48,564 nucleotides of DNA from Candidatus Cerribacteria bacterium 'Amazon FNV 2010 28 9' (GTDB taxonomy: Bacteria; Patescibacteriota; Microgenomatia; UBA1400; UBA12028). Positions 9,279-17,494 of the stretch are shown here, piece after piece. A model generated the notes under the pieces. It was not told where the DNA came from. It saw nothing but the letters and a program-made list of their open reading frames with translations, and searched no databases. Numbering within the stretch: position 1 is the first letter of the stretch; every line of letters begins with the position of its first letter. The stretch is taken from the NCBI GenBank assembly GCA_003176165.1, contig PSRQ01000022.1:1-48564 (forward strand), given 5' to 3'. The position numbers and the translations under genes are program-made.

Positions 9279-10169
9279 ATGTTTATTGGGGGACATGTTA
9301 GCGCAGCGGGTGGAATTAGCTTGGCGTATGGACGAGCCAAAGAGATTGGGGGCAATGCCGTCCAAATTTTTTCTGCAAGTCCTCGTGTGTGGACACGTAA
9401 AGATATAGCACAAAGCGAAATTGATCGCTGCCTGCAATTTCAAAAAGAGTTGGGTATTACAAAAACAGTTATTCACGCCATTTATTTAGTCAATCTTGCC
9501 TCGGATAACAAAGAGTTGGTTGAAAAATCACGCAACTGTATTGAATTTGATTTACGTGTGGATGCGGCACTACATGGGAGTGGTGTTGTGGTGCATGTGG
9601 GCAGTCATCAAGGAAAAGGATTTGAGGCGGTCTTTGATCAGCTCGTACATGAGATTAAAATCATTCTTTCCAATACTCCTGAAAATTCCACCTTTCTCAT
9701 CGAAAATAGTGCAGGACAAAATGGAAAAATTGCGTCGGATTTGAGTGAAATTCGCCGTCTCATCGACGCAGTGGGTTCGCCTCGATTGGGGTGGTGCTTG
9801 GATACGTGTCATGCATTTTGCGCAGGATACGAGCTAGAGAACTCATTAAATTCTCCCCTTTCGCACCAACCACCCCTAACCCCTCCTTCGGAAGGAGGGG
9901 AATCAAAAAATGTAATTGAAGAAATTGATCGATTACAGTTGTGGGATACCCTGAAGGTCGTACATGTGAATGACTCGCGTGACTCGTTTGATAGTGGTCG
10001 TGATCGTCACGAAAATATTGGTGAGGGAAGCATCGGAGATGATGTGTTTCGTTCCTTTTTCTCGCATGAAAAGATCCGCACACTTCCGCTCATTATAGAA
10101 GTACCTGGGATTGATCACAAGAGTGGGCCGGATAAAGAGAACATAGAACGAGTGAAAAGGTTGATGTAA
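9279..10169 (+). CDS. nfo: endonuclease IV (AP endonuclease family 2)
   Basis: MFIGGHVSAAGG, IENSAGQ, LDTCHAFCAGY and HVNDS..RDRHENIGEG motifs. Confidence 0.9.
   Translation: MFIGGHVSAAGGISLAYGRAKEIGGNAVQIFSASPRVWTRKDIAQSEIDRCLQFQKELGITKTVIHAIYLVNLASDNKELVEKSRNCIEFDLRVDAALHGSGVVVHVGSHQGKGFEAVFDQLVHEIKIILSNTPENSTFLIENSAGQNGKIASDLSEIRRLIDAVGSPRLGWCLDTCHAFCAGYELENSLNSPLSHQPPLTPPSEGGESKNVIEEIDRLQLWDTLKVVHVNDSRDSFDSGRDRHENIGEGSIGDDVFRSFFSHEKIRTLPLIIEVPGIDHKSGPDKENIERVKRLM
9853..9903. repeat. CCCCTCC-type hairpin element inserted in frame in nfo
   Basis: TTCTCCCCTTTCG..CCACCCCTAA then CCCCTCCTT cgg AAGGAGGGG (9880-9900). The segment CCACCCC..GGAGGGG (about 9869-9901) matches 28/33 with 45874-45906. 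It encodes SPLSHQPPLTPPSEGGE. Confidence 0.7.
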
Positions 10170-10177
10170 TACTCAAC

Positions 10178-10283
10178 TTTGTCATCTCGACCGTGCCAAG
10201 TAATCTTGGCAGTGGAGAGATCCCTTTCAGATCCATCCGAAAGCGATTCCTCATCTGCGCTTCGCTCCGTTCGGAATGACAAG
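10178..10283 (+). repeat. MITE-like element about 100 bp long (GTCATC..GAATGAC termini)
   Basis: About 66 of the first 75 positions are identical to the reverse complement of 33281-33375. Lies in the nfo-folD spacer. Confidence 0.75.
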
Positions 10284-10324
10284 AAAATTGTGATGAACGT
10301 TATAAAAAGAATGAGATTGTTGAT

Positions 10325-11311
10325 ATGAGTATTATTTTCGACGGAAAAGCATTCGCACACAAAAAAGAACTCCAACTCAAAAAAGAAGTTGATGATTTGC
10401 GTTCGAGGGGCATTGTTTTACGTGTCAAAACGTTCACGTTCAAAGAAGATGCGGGAAGTATGTTGTACACGCGACTCAAAAAAGAAGCAGCGGCACGCAT
10501 TGGCATCATGTACGAACCAGTTGAATATTCTCTTCACGACGATATTGAACAAATTGCTGAGGCTATTAAAACAGCAAGCGAAGAGAAGGGCATTACGGGG
10601 GTGATGGTGCAAAAACCGGCAAAAGCAGTGTTTAACCAGGAGAGCATTGTCAACAGAAATTTTGAGGATTGGTGGTCAACTTTGACCGCAGCGATCGATT
10701 CCAACAAAGATGTGGATTGTTTGACCAAAGAAAATCTGGAAAGAATCTACAATCTTTCTCCCCTTTCGAAGGGGAGAATACAAGAGGAGTTGGTGGATGG
10801 AGGGGAATACGTGATTCCTGCTACTGTACGAGCTTGTCTTGCAATTTTGGAAGAGGCAAAGCGTGTGTTGAGCATTTCAAACGAAGAATGGAAAAAGAAA
10901 AAAACGCTTGTTATTGGACGATCAGATATTGTGGGGAAACCGTTGGCAGCGTTGTTGAAACAGCGATGTGCAACAGTTGAGAACTGGGGAAGAAAAGAGT
11001 TGGAGAAAAGTATAAAGAAATTTTCAATTTTCAATTTTCAATTTTCAAAAAACATACATAAGAGAGATCATTTTTTAACAACTGACTTCGACATCATTAT
11101 TTCTGCCGTTGGGAAACCAAATTTAATCACAGGAACAAGGGTGAAAGAAGGGGCGATCGTCATCGACGTCGGTGCTCCAAAAGGTGATGTGGAGCGCGAA
11201 AGCGTGGAGTCTACAGCTTCTTTTCTTACTCCTGTTCCCGGTGGAGTTGGTCCCATGACTGTGATATGTTTAATGGAGAGTATTGTAGAGATTGGTAAGA
11301 ATTTTCTCTAA
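10325..11311 (+). CDS. folD: bifunctional methylenetetrahydrofolate dehydrogenase/cyclohydrolase
   Basis: VIGRSDIVGKPLAALL, ISAVGKP, VIDVG and LTPVPGGVGPMT motifs. At 328 aa it carries two extra segments. Confidence 0.9.
   Translation: MSIIFDGKAFAHKKELQLKKEVDDLRSRGIVLRVKTFTFKEDAGSMLYTRLKKEAAARIGIMYEPVEYSLHDDIEQIAEAIKTASEEKGITGVMVQKPAKAVFNQESIVNRNFEDWWSTLTAAIDSNKDVDCLTKENLERIYNLSPLSKGRIQEELVDGGEYVIPATVRACLAILEEAKRVLSISNEEWKKKKTLVIGRSDIVGKPLAALLKQRCATVENWGRKELEKSIKKFSIFNFQFSKNIHKRDHFLTTDFDIIISAVGKPNLITGTRVKEGAIVIDVGAPKGDVERESVESTASFLTPVPGGVGPMTVICLMESIVEIGKNFL
10753..10810. repeat. hairpin element in frame in folD
   Basis: TCTCCCCTT tcg AAGGGGAGA (10757-10777, 9-bp arms) plus a G-rich tail. 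It shares the 13-mer TTCTCCCCTTTCG with the nfo insert. Confidence 0.65.
11018..11051. repeat. tandem heptamer array AATTTTC x4 in frame in folD
   Basis: Copies at 11019-25, 11026-32, 11033-39 and 11040-46. It encodes FSIFNFQFS. Confidence 0.85.
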
Positions 11312-11320
11312 AGGAGGAAT

Positions 11321-11782
11321 ATGTCAGAAGATATGCAGGGACCCACGGAACAAGGTCAGTATCTCATGGATAGAAAGCAACAAATTGAAAATGAGCAACC
11401 TCGCGCCGTCAAAGAAGATGCGCAGCAACGTAAAGAAAGGATGGGTCTTCTGCGGCGTTTATTCCATTCGTTTGGAAGACGCAACGATACAGGGTGGCTT
11501 AAAAAGGAAGTTGAGGATAGGGGAGGGACCCTCTCACCAGAGGAAGATAACATAAATCTGGAGCATGAATTACCTCCAGTTGATGCTATTGAGGCAGAAG
11601 AGCAGAACCTGCCTCCTCTTCGTCCAGTTAAATATGTAGAGCCTTATAAGCCAAGTGATCTTCATATGACTGCCAGAAGTAAGGCTAAAGAAGTTTTGCA
11701 CGCAGCTGTTGATGAAAATGATTACTCCAAGGCTTCCCGAGTAAGTGCTAATTTAAATAATCTGCGCAATCCTCAACAATAA
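11321..11782 (+). CDS. charged hypothetical protein
   Basis: 153-aa ORF with RBS AAAGGAGGA directly upstream. Confidence 0.5.
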   Translation: MSEDMQGPTEQGQYLMDRKQQIENEQPRAVKEDAQQRKERMGLLRRLFHSFGRRNDTGWLKKEVEDRGGTLSPEEDNINLEHELPPVDAIEAEEQNLPPLRPVKYVEPYKPSDLHMTARSKAKEVLHAAVDENDYSKASRVSANLNNLRNPQQ

Positions 11783-11792
11783 AAGAGGAGTG

Positions 11793-11801
11793 TGGTATAA
11801 T
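11793..11801 (+). promoter_or_regulatory. extended -10 promoter (TGGTATAAT) for the rpsB leader
   Basis: TGG at 11793-95 and TATAAT at 11796-11801, with about 190 nt of leader before the rpsB ATG. Confidence 0.4.
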
Positions 11802-11991
11802 ACCCCAAGTAATCAATAGTTATCTCACACTATTCTCGTAGTACTCCTTGATAAGGGGTTGTTCATAGAAGATACTTTCTCTCAAGAAAGATCCTGAAAC
11901 AAGTTCAGGATGACAAGGAGAAACGTAGTACTCTTGAAAACAATACTTCTTACATCTTCTCGAGAATAGGCGGAACAAAGGAGGAAAAAGT

Positions 11992-12726
11992 ATGTCAGAT
12001 GCAACTTTTTCAGTGGATTTGGAAGCCTTACTTGAGGCAGGCTGTCATTTTGGTCACCAAGCACGTCGCTGGAACCCAAAAATGGCTCAATATATTTATG
12101 GTGAACGCGATGGCGTTCATATCTTTGACTTGGCCAAGACAGCCCAAGGCTTGGAAGCAGCTAGTCAAAAGATCGCTGAAGCAGCCAAACAAGGGCGAAG
12201 TGTCGTGTTTATCGGTACCAAACGCCAATCTCAAGATATCGTTCGCGAGGAAGTCGTGAATGCTGGAGCGATGTATATCACCAACCGTTGGCCAGGTGGA
12301 CTCATTACCAACTGGGAACAGGTCGGAAAATCCATTAAACGCTTGAATTCCCTCAAGAAAGACAAAGCCGAAGGCAAGTTCAACGTCTATACAAAGAAAG
12401 AAAACGTCCTCATTGATCGTGAAATTGCACGCCTTGAGCGTTTCTTTGGAGGTGTGTCTACACTCACAGGTATCCCCGATATTTTGGTCATTACCGATGT
12501 CAATAAAGATATCGTGGCTGTCAAAGAGGCACACATGCGCGGCGTCTTTATCATCGCCATTTGCGATAGTAACGTGAATCCAGACTTGGTAGACTTGGTT
12601 ATCCCTGCCAACGACGATGCGATTGGAAGTCTGAAGATCATCATCGCCACACTTGCAAAAGCCTTCAAAGAAGGAAAGGCAATGAACCAAAGTGCAAAAG
12701 AGAAACAGCCAGTTGAAACGAAATAA
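11992..12726 (+). CDS. rpsB: 30S ribosomal protein S2
   Basis: Full-length S2 similarity, including GCHFGHQARRWNPKM. Confidence 0.95.
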   Translation: MSDATFSVDLEALLEAGCHFGHQARRWNPKMAQYIYGERDGVHIFDLAKTAQGLEAASQKIAEAAKQGRSVVFIGTKRQSQDIVREEVVNAGAMYITNRWPGGLITNWEQVGKSIKRLNSLKKDKAEGKFNVYTKKENVLIDREIARLERFFGGVSTLTGIPDILVITDVNKDIVAVKEAHMRGVFIIAICDSNVNPDLVDLVIPANDDAIGSLKIIIATLAKAFKEGKAMNQSAKEKQPVETK

Positions 12727-12736
12727 AGGAGTCGGT

Positions 12737-13189
12737 ATGGCAATTGATTTAACACAATTAAAAGCTCTCCGTGAAGAGACTGGTGCTGGGGTTATGGATG
12801 TACGCCGTGCACTTGAGTCTTCAAATGGAGATGTAGAAAAAGCACGTGCATGGATCAGAGAAAACGCGATCAAAACTGCTGAGAAAAAGGCAGATCGCGA
12901 GACCAAAGAAGGTGCTATCGTGACCTACATTCATAACACGGGAAAAGTTGGGGCAGTCGTGGCATTGACTTGTGAGACAGACTTTGTGGCACGCACCGAT
13001 GACTTCAAAACATTGGGTCGAGAAGTAGCCATGCAAGTCGCAAGTATGGATCCACAGTCTGTGGATGAGCTCTTGGCGCAACCATATATTCGTGATGCGA
13101 AAACCTCCATTAAAGATCTCATCAAGCAAACCAGTGGAAAAGTGGGTGAAAATATTGTCGTCAAAGAGTTTAAACGCTTGACGATATAA
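12737..13189 (+). CDS. tsf: elongation factor Ts (short form, 150 aa)
   Basis: LKALREETGAGVMDVRRALESSNGDVEKARAWIRE N-terminal domain. AAGGAG lies upstream of ATG 12737. Confidence 0.85.
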   Translation: MAIDLTQLKALREETGAGVMDVRRALESSNGDVEKARAWIRENAIKTAEKKADRETKEGAIVTYIHNTGKVGAVVALTCETDFVARTDDFKTLGREVAMQVASMDPQSVDELLAQPYIRDAKTSIKDLIKQTSGKVGENIVVKEFKRLTI

Positions 13190-13276
13190 AAATTTGTTTT
13201 TTCCCATTGTTTCTGTCATTCCCACGAGTCTAAAGATTTTCTGAGCTATAAGTTTGGCCGAGACTTATTTCTAGTT

Positions 13277-13354
13277 TTGTCATCCTGAGTTCCAACGACC
13301 TTTAAGAAGATCCTTCGCTTTTCTCTGCTCCGCAGAGAAGTCTCAGGATGACAG
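13277..13354. repeat. GTCATCC..GGATGAC palindromic element
   Basis: TGTCATCCTGAG ... CTCAGGATGACA termini. A second GATCCGCC gt GGCGGATC hairpin ending in GGGATGAC lies at 13385-13437. Confidence 0.65.
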
Positions 13355-13465
13355 AGAAAGTGCAACCCCTTCACCGTTGAAAGATCCCGGATATTCGATA
13401 CGATCCGCCGTGGCGGATCTTTCTCATCTGGGATGACGAGAAGAGGTGTTTGAATGTTAAAAGCC

Positions 13466-14635
13466 TTAGTTAGAACTCGGTTGGGGCGTTAATCCTGGTT
13501 CCTCGGCGAGAAGAGGAGTTTGTGCTGGCTGTATCGAAGGCACAGCAGGGATGTTTTCCGCGGGAGACGCAATTGGGGATGGTTGTGGTGCCATCTCTTG
13601 AATGGGCATGACCGGAACTTGAGGTATTTGTTGAGAAACTTCCATTGGAGTTGCGACAACTGTTGGTTGTGCTGTTGGAAGTTGAGTGGGAGGAACTTCT
13701 ATAGGAAGAGGAGAGGGTGTTGTTAGTGGTTGAACTTCAACGGGTGGTGTGACGGGTTGAGTTGGTTGGGGTGCTGGGACAGATGAAGTAATCTCTGAAA
13801 CTTGGGGCCCTACTTGTGGTTGTTGAACTGTTTGGTCGAAGACCATATTTTGTCCCGCTTGTGCCATCAACTGATCCACGACTTGAACGTGTGCATCTGT
13901 TGTTGTTGGGGCTTCATTTTTTGCTGTTGTTTCCAACAGTTTTTGTGTCAAGAAATCAAGGACTTCGATACATGAGGGTGTAGTGACGATGATTTTGGCG
14001 TCACTGCCAATCTGAGCTATAACTTGGCGTAAAAACGCAGGAATATCATCATGTTTTTTCCCACCGCGTTCGACGAAAGTGAAAAATGAAATAGAACGTC
14101 CACTCATGTGTTGGTGGTAGTCATACACGAGTGCATTTGTGAGGATAATAGCTTTGATGGTTGCGATGATCTCGATAAGGTTAAGATTGTGTTCACTTTC
14201 AAATAGATGCATGAGGAACAAGTGATCAAAGATGGTCGCTTCGTAGTACAAAAGCGTCTCTTCCATTGTGAAGTCATGTGCCTCGCGCACCATTCGTTCC
14301 ATCATTGGTAAATAATGCTGATACATGGGGACCAAATGAGTAAATGTGACGGTTCCTGTATATCCAAGGGTGGGCATCTTTTCCAAGAGGGGGCCGATCG
14401 ATGGCAGCATCGCTGTGATCATTTCTTTTGGTGATTCATGCTTGTGTTCATCCAAAAGATTTAAAAGATCGATGAGACCCTTGAGAGATACTTTTTGATC
14501 TTCAGAGAGTTCACGTCCTGTCACCGCTTCCCACAAAACATTCATGAAAAAACGTAATTTACTCACCGGAAAATCTTGGTCATCAGGCCGTTGATATGTT
14601 GGAACAAGTTTTGTATAGATGTCAGCGACAGGCAT
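13466..14635 (-). CDS. hypothetical protein with Pro/Gln/Thr/Val-rich C-terminal tail
   Basis: 389-aa ORF with a globular N-terminal part of about 270 aa and a low-complexity tail of about 120 aa. Confidence 0.55.
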   Translation of the reverse strand: MPVADIYTKLVPTYQRPDDQDFPVSKLRFFMNVLWEAVTGRELSEDQKVSLKGLIDLLNLLDEHKHESPKEMITAMLPSIGPLLEKMPTLGYTGTVTFTHLVPMYQHYLPMMERMVREAHDFTMEETLLYYEATIFDHLFLMHLFESEHNLNLIEIIATIKAIILTNALVYDYHQHMSGRSISFFTFVERGGKKHDDIPAFLRQVIAQIGSDAKIIVTTPSCIEVLDFLTQKLLETTAKNEAPTTTDAHVQVVDQLMAQAGQNMVFDQTVQQPQVGPQVSEITSSVPAPQPTQPVTPPVEVQPLTTPSPLPIEVPPTQLPTAQPTVVATPMEVSQQIPQVPVMPIQEMAPQPSPIASPAENIPAVPSIQPAQTPLLAEEPGLTPQPSSN

Positions 14636-14737
14636 AAAAATCCTTATTATTATTCATACCAATTCCTGAATAAGGAACCATAGTCATTGTAGCACGTGAA
14701 GGGAGAGCATACAGAATAGAGAGTAGGGAATGTTCCC

Positions 14738-15571
14738 CTAGTGTTTCTGGGGTTGTTTGGAGCGAATTGAGAAAAATGCAAGAAGCATGATCCCAATATA
14801 TGCTGGCCCAGTCAATGAAATCGATGTGTGAACTCCAAAGAGTTGAGGTACAAGATCGATAAGAATTCCGATACTCATTGCATGCAAACCCAACTGAATC
14901 AGTTTGATAAATGGAAGTTTTATCCCTAATACCCATGCCAACAGACTTGCAAAAAAGGTAAAGAAAAAGAGGATAAATCCGGTTACAAGGAGTTGGATAA
15001 TAAAAAGAAATGGTGAAAAGACGAGGAGCGCTGCTGTACTGCTTTGGCGTACCTGCTCAATATTTTGGTTAACAAACCATGGTAAATCAGATTTCTTCGC
15101 ACTCCAATTGGAGTCAAAAATTGTATCGTATGTCATTTTTTCAGTGTCATCACCATCGGCATATATGGCATGCGGAGTGATCGTGAAGAGTGCGCTACTT
15201 TGAGCATGATCTTCACTTGTAATAACGGCGATATTTTTAGGAGCTCCAAGGTTTGTTAACTCTGATGGTGACGTAAATGTAAAGGGGAGGGTGAGCCCTT
15301 GGGTTGTGAGCGTATTGTTGGTATAGGAAAAAAAAGTTGTGTCTGGTAGCTGCGCAATAATATCAGAGGCACTTGTTTTCGTTGTTGAAAGCATCATGGG
15401 AACGTCATAGAGACGCAGGACGATGATGAGTCCAATCGTAGCCAATACCACACTGACGAGAAAAAATTGAACGGAAAACCACACTTTTGCTTGGAGAACC
15501 TCGCGATAGTACGAAGGTTCAGAAGCACTTTTAATCAGTGTACGAATGTAGGTGCGCAGTTTGCGAATCAT
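14738..15571 (-). CDS. membrane protein, DUF1189-like (tentative)
   Basis: 277-aa ORF with N- and C-terminal hydrophobic spans. The N-terminus resembles DUF1189 proteins, from memory. Confidence 0.45.
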   Translation of the reverse strand: MIRKLRTYIRTLIKSASEPSYYREVLQAKVWFSVQFFLVSVVLATIGLIIVLRLYDVPMMLSTTKTSASDIIAQLPDTTFFSYTNNTLTTQGLTLPFTFTSPSELTNLGAPKNIAVITSEDHAQSSALFTITPHAIYADGDDTEKMTYDTIFDSNWSAKKSDLPWFVNQNIEQVRQSSTAALLVFSPFLFIIQLLVTGFILFFFTFFASLLAWVLGIKLPFIKLIQLGLHAMSIGILIDLVPQLFGVHTSISLTGPAYIGIMLLAFFSIRSKQPQKH

Positions 15572-15648
15572 ATGCGTATAGTAGCATACTCACGCATGCT
15601 TGTATGGTAAAATGAACAGATTACAACAAGACGACTTAAGGAGTATCT

Positions 15649-16200
15649 ATGTTTTCTTTTGATCCCATGAAAAGTGATGTAGCGAAGCTGATCGAAGTGT
15701 TTGGCAGTGATGTGGCGACCATCCGCACGGGAAGGGCAAAGCCATCCTTGGTCGAAAATGTCATGGTCGATGCATATGGTGGCAAGATGCGCATGATGGA
15801 GGTTGCAAACATTAGTGCCCCTGATTCGACAATGATTGTCATCAAGCCTTGGGATCAATCACTCCTATCCACAGTTGAAAAGGCGATTCAGATCAGCGAT
15901 CTTCATATCAACCCCATCATTGATGGGCAGCAAGTGCGTATTAGTATTCCTCCTCTGACTGGTGAGCGACGTGAAGAACTTGTAAAGTTGCTCAATCAAA
16001 AATTACACGCGCATGAAGATATGGCACGAGATATTCGGATAAAATATAAAAAGCAAATTGACGCACAAAAGGGACAACCAGGTGTAAGTGAAGATGATAT
16101 TAAACGAGATCTTGAAACGCTTCAAAAAGTGACGGATGATGCAATTGCCAAACTTGGTGAAGTTGCCAATGGCAAAGAAAAAGAACTACGAGAACTATAA
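15649..16200 (+). CDS. frr: ribosome recycling factor
   Basis: Full-length RRF similarity, including RTGRAKPSLVENV and PPLTGERREELVK. Confidence 0.92.
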   Translation: MFSFDPMKSDVAKLIEVFGSDVATIRTGRAKPSLVENVMVDAYGGKMRMMEVANISAPDSTMIVIKPWDQSLLSTVEKAIQISDLHINPIIDGQQVRISIPPLTGERREELVKLLNQKLHAHEDMARDIRIKYKKQIDAQKGQPGVSEDDIKRDLETLQKVTDDAIAKLGEVANGKEKELREL

Positions 16201-16224
16201 TTGTAGGAGAATGGTAGATTAGGA

Positions 16225-16276
16225 GACTAGAGGATTAGAAAAGTTATTTCTAGTCACCTTATCGTCTAATCCTCTA
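16225..16276. repeat. low-complexity inverted arm pair (no gene between the arms)
   Basis: TAGAGGATTAG (16228-38) and CTAATCCTCTA (16266-76) form a perfect 11-bp inverted repeat. An overlapping alternative is GACTAGA (16225-31) with TCTAGTC (16249-55). Confidence 0.6.
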
Positions 16277-16282
16277 ATACAC

Positions 16283-17446
16283 ATGATCTTTTCCATCCTT
16301 ATTTTCCTACTTGTTCTTTCCTTCCTGGTTCTGATTCATGAACTCGGTCATTTTCTGATGGCCAGGCGATTTGGGATCAAGGTGGAAGAGTTTGGATTTG
16401 GCTATCCGCCTCGAGTATTGACGCTTTTCACGTGGAAGGGAATTCCGTTCACGCTCAACGCGCTGCCATTTGGTGGATTCGTGAGGATGGAAGGAGAAGA
16501 TGGTTCCGCACGAAGAGAAGAACCCCACTCCGCCAAGGCTTCGCGGAGCAAGGGAAAAGAAACAATGCGAGTTGCAAGCCATATTGAGGTTGATCATTCT
16601 CCTTTTTATACAAAAACAAAACTTCAACGTCTCATTGTTATCTTAGCCGGTGCCACGGTTAATTTTTTGTTTGGCGTGCTTGCCTTTATTGTTCTTTTTT
16701 ACTGCATTGGGATTCCCGTCTCAAAGACACCACCAGTTGTGGAACAAGTCTTTGATGGGCCAGCGAAAACGGCTGGAGTACAAGTGGGAGATGTTATTGA
16801 GGAAGTAGGAAAACAGGGGAGTGTATTGAAGCCAGCGGGGGAGTTGGAATCTTTTATTCGTTTCGTCGCACATGAACCAAATACTATTCTGATTCTTCAT
16901 ATCCAACGGGGAACGCAAACACTGGATATCCCCGTTCATACTCGCAGTGCACGCGACATTGCGCTGGGACAAGGAGCCCTTGGTGTGAGTTTGGACCAAC
17001 CAGTCGATTTTGTTCATTATGCTTGGTATGAGATGCCGTTTCGTTCCATTGTCGTGGGGGTGCAAAAATCGGTCGATTTTAGTTTCACGATTGTGGATAC
17101 ATTGGAAAGCATGATTAAAAACTTAGTAACTTTTGGGATGGTACCAAAAGATGTGGCTGGTCCAGTTGGCATTGTAAAAGAGGTGAATGATCAACACATT
17201 TTTGATGGAGGAGTATTAGCGATCTTGAACTTTACTGCCATTCTTTCGATCAATTTGGCAATTATGAATGTATTACCATTTCCAGCTCTGGATGGAGGAC
17301 GTGCTGTGCTTATTATCTTGGAAGCGATTGTTGGTAGAAAAAGAGTTGCAAAAGTTGAGGGGCTTGTGAATACCGCAGGGTTTGCACTTTTGTTGACTCT
17401 TATTGTAGCGATCACAGCTAAGGATATCTGGACTATTTTTCATTAA
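16283..17446 (+). CDS. rseP: site-2 (M50/RseP-type) zinc metalloprotease
   Basis: HELGH motif, a PDZ-like middle region, and a C-terminal LPFPALDGG motif. Confidence 0.85.
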   Translation: MIFSILIFLLVLSFLVLIHELGHFLMARRFGIKVEEFGFGYPPRVLTLFTWKGIPFTLNALPFGGFVRMEGEDGSARREEPHSAKASRSKGKETMRVASHIEVDHSPFYTKTKLQRLIVILAGATVNFLFGVLAFIVLFYCIGIPVSKTPPVVEQVFDGPAKTAGVQVGDVIEEVGKQGSVLKPAGELESFIRFVAHEPNTILILHIQRGTQTLDIPVHTRSARDIALGQGALGVSLDQPVDFVHYAWYEMPFRSIVVGVQKSVDFSFTIVDTLESMIKNLVTFGMVPKDVAGPVGIVKEVNDQHIFDGGVLAILNFTAILSINLAIMNVLPFPALDGGRAVLIILEAIVGRKRVAKVEGLVNTAGFALLLTLIVAITAKDIWTIFH

Positions 17447-17494
17447 AAAGATCTCCACTTGCTCTCCGTGAATGAATGGTTTACCCTTGCATAT

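Noticed and set aside
12028-12906. 292-aa minus-strand ORF.
   Set aside because: It is entirely antisense to the well-supported rpsB and tsf genes, and its translation is low-complexity.
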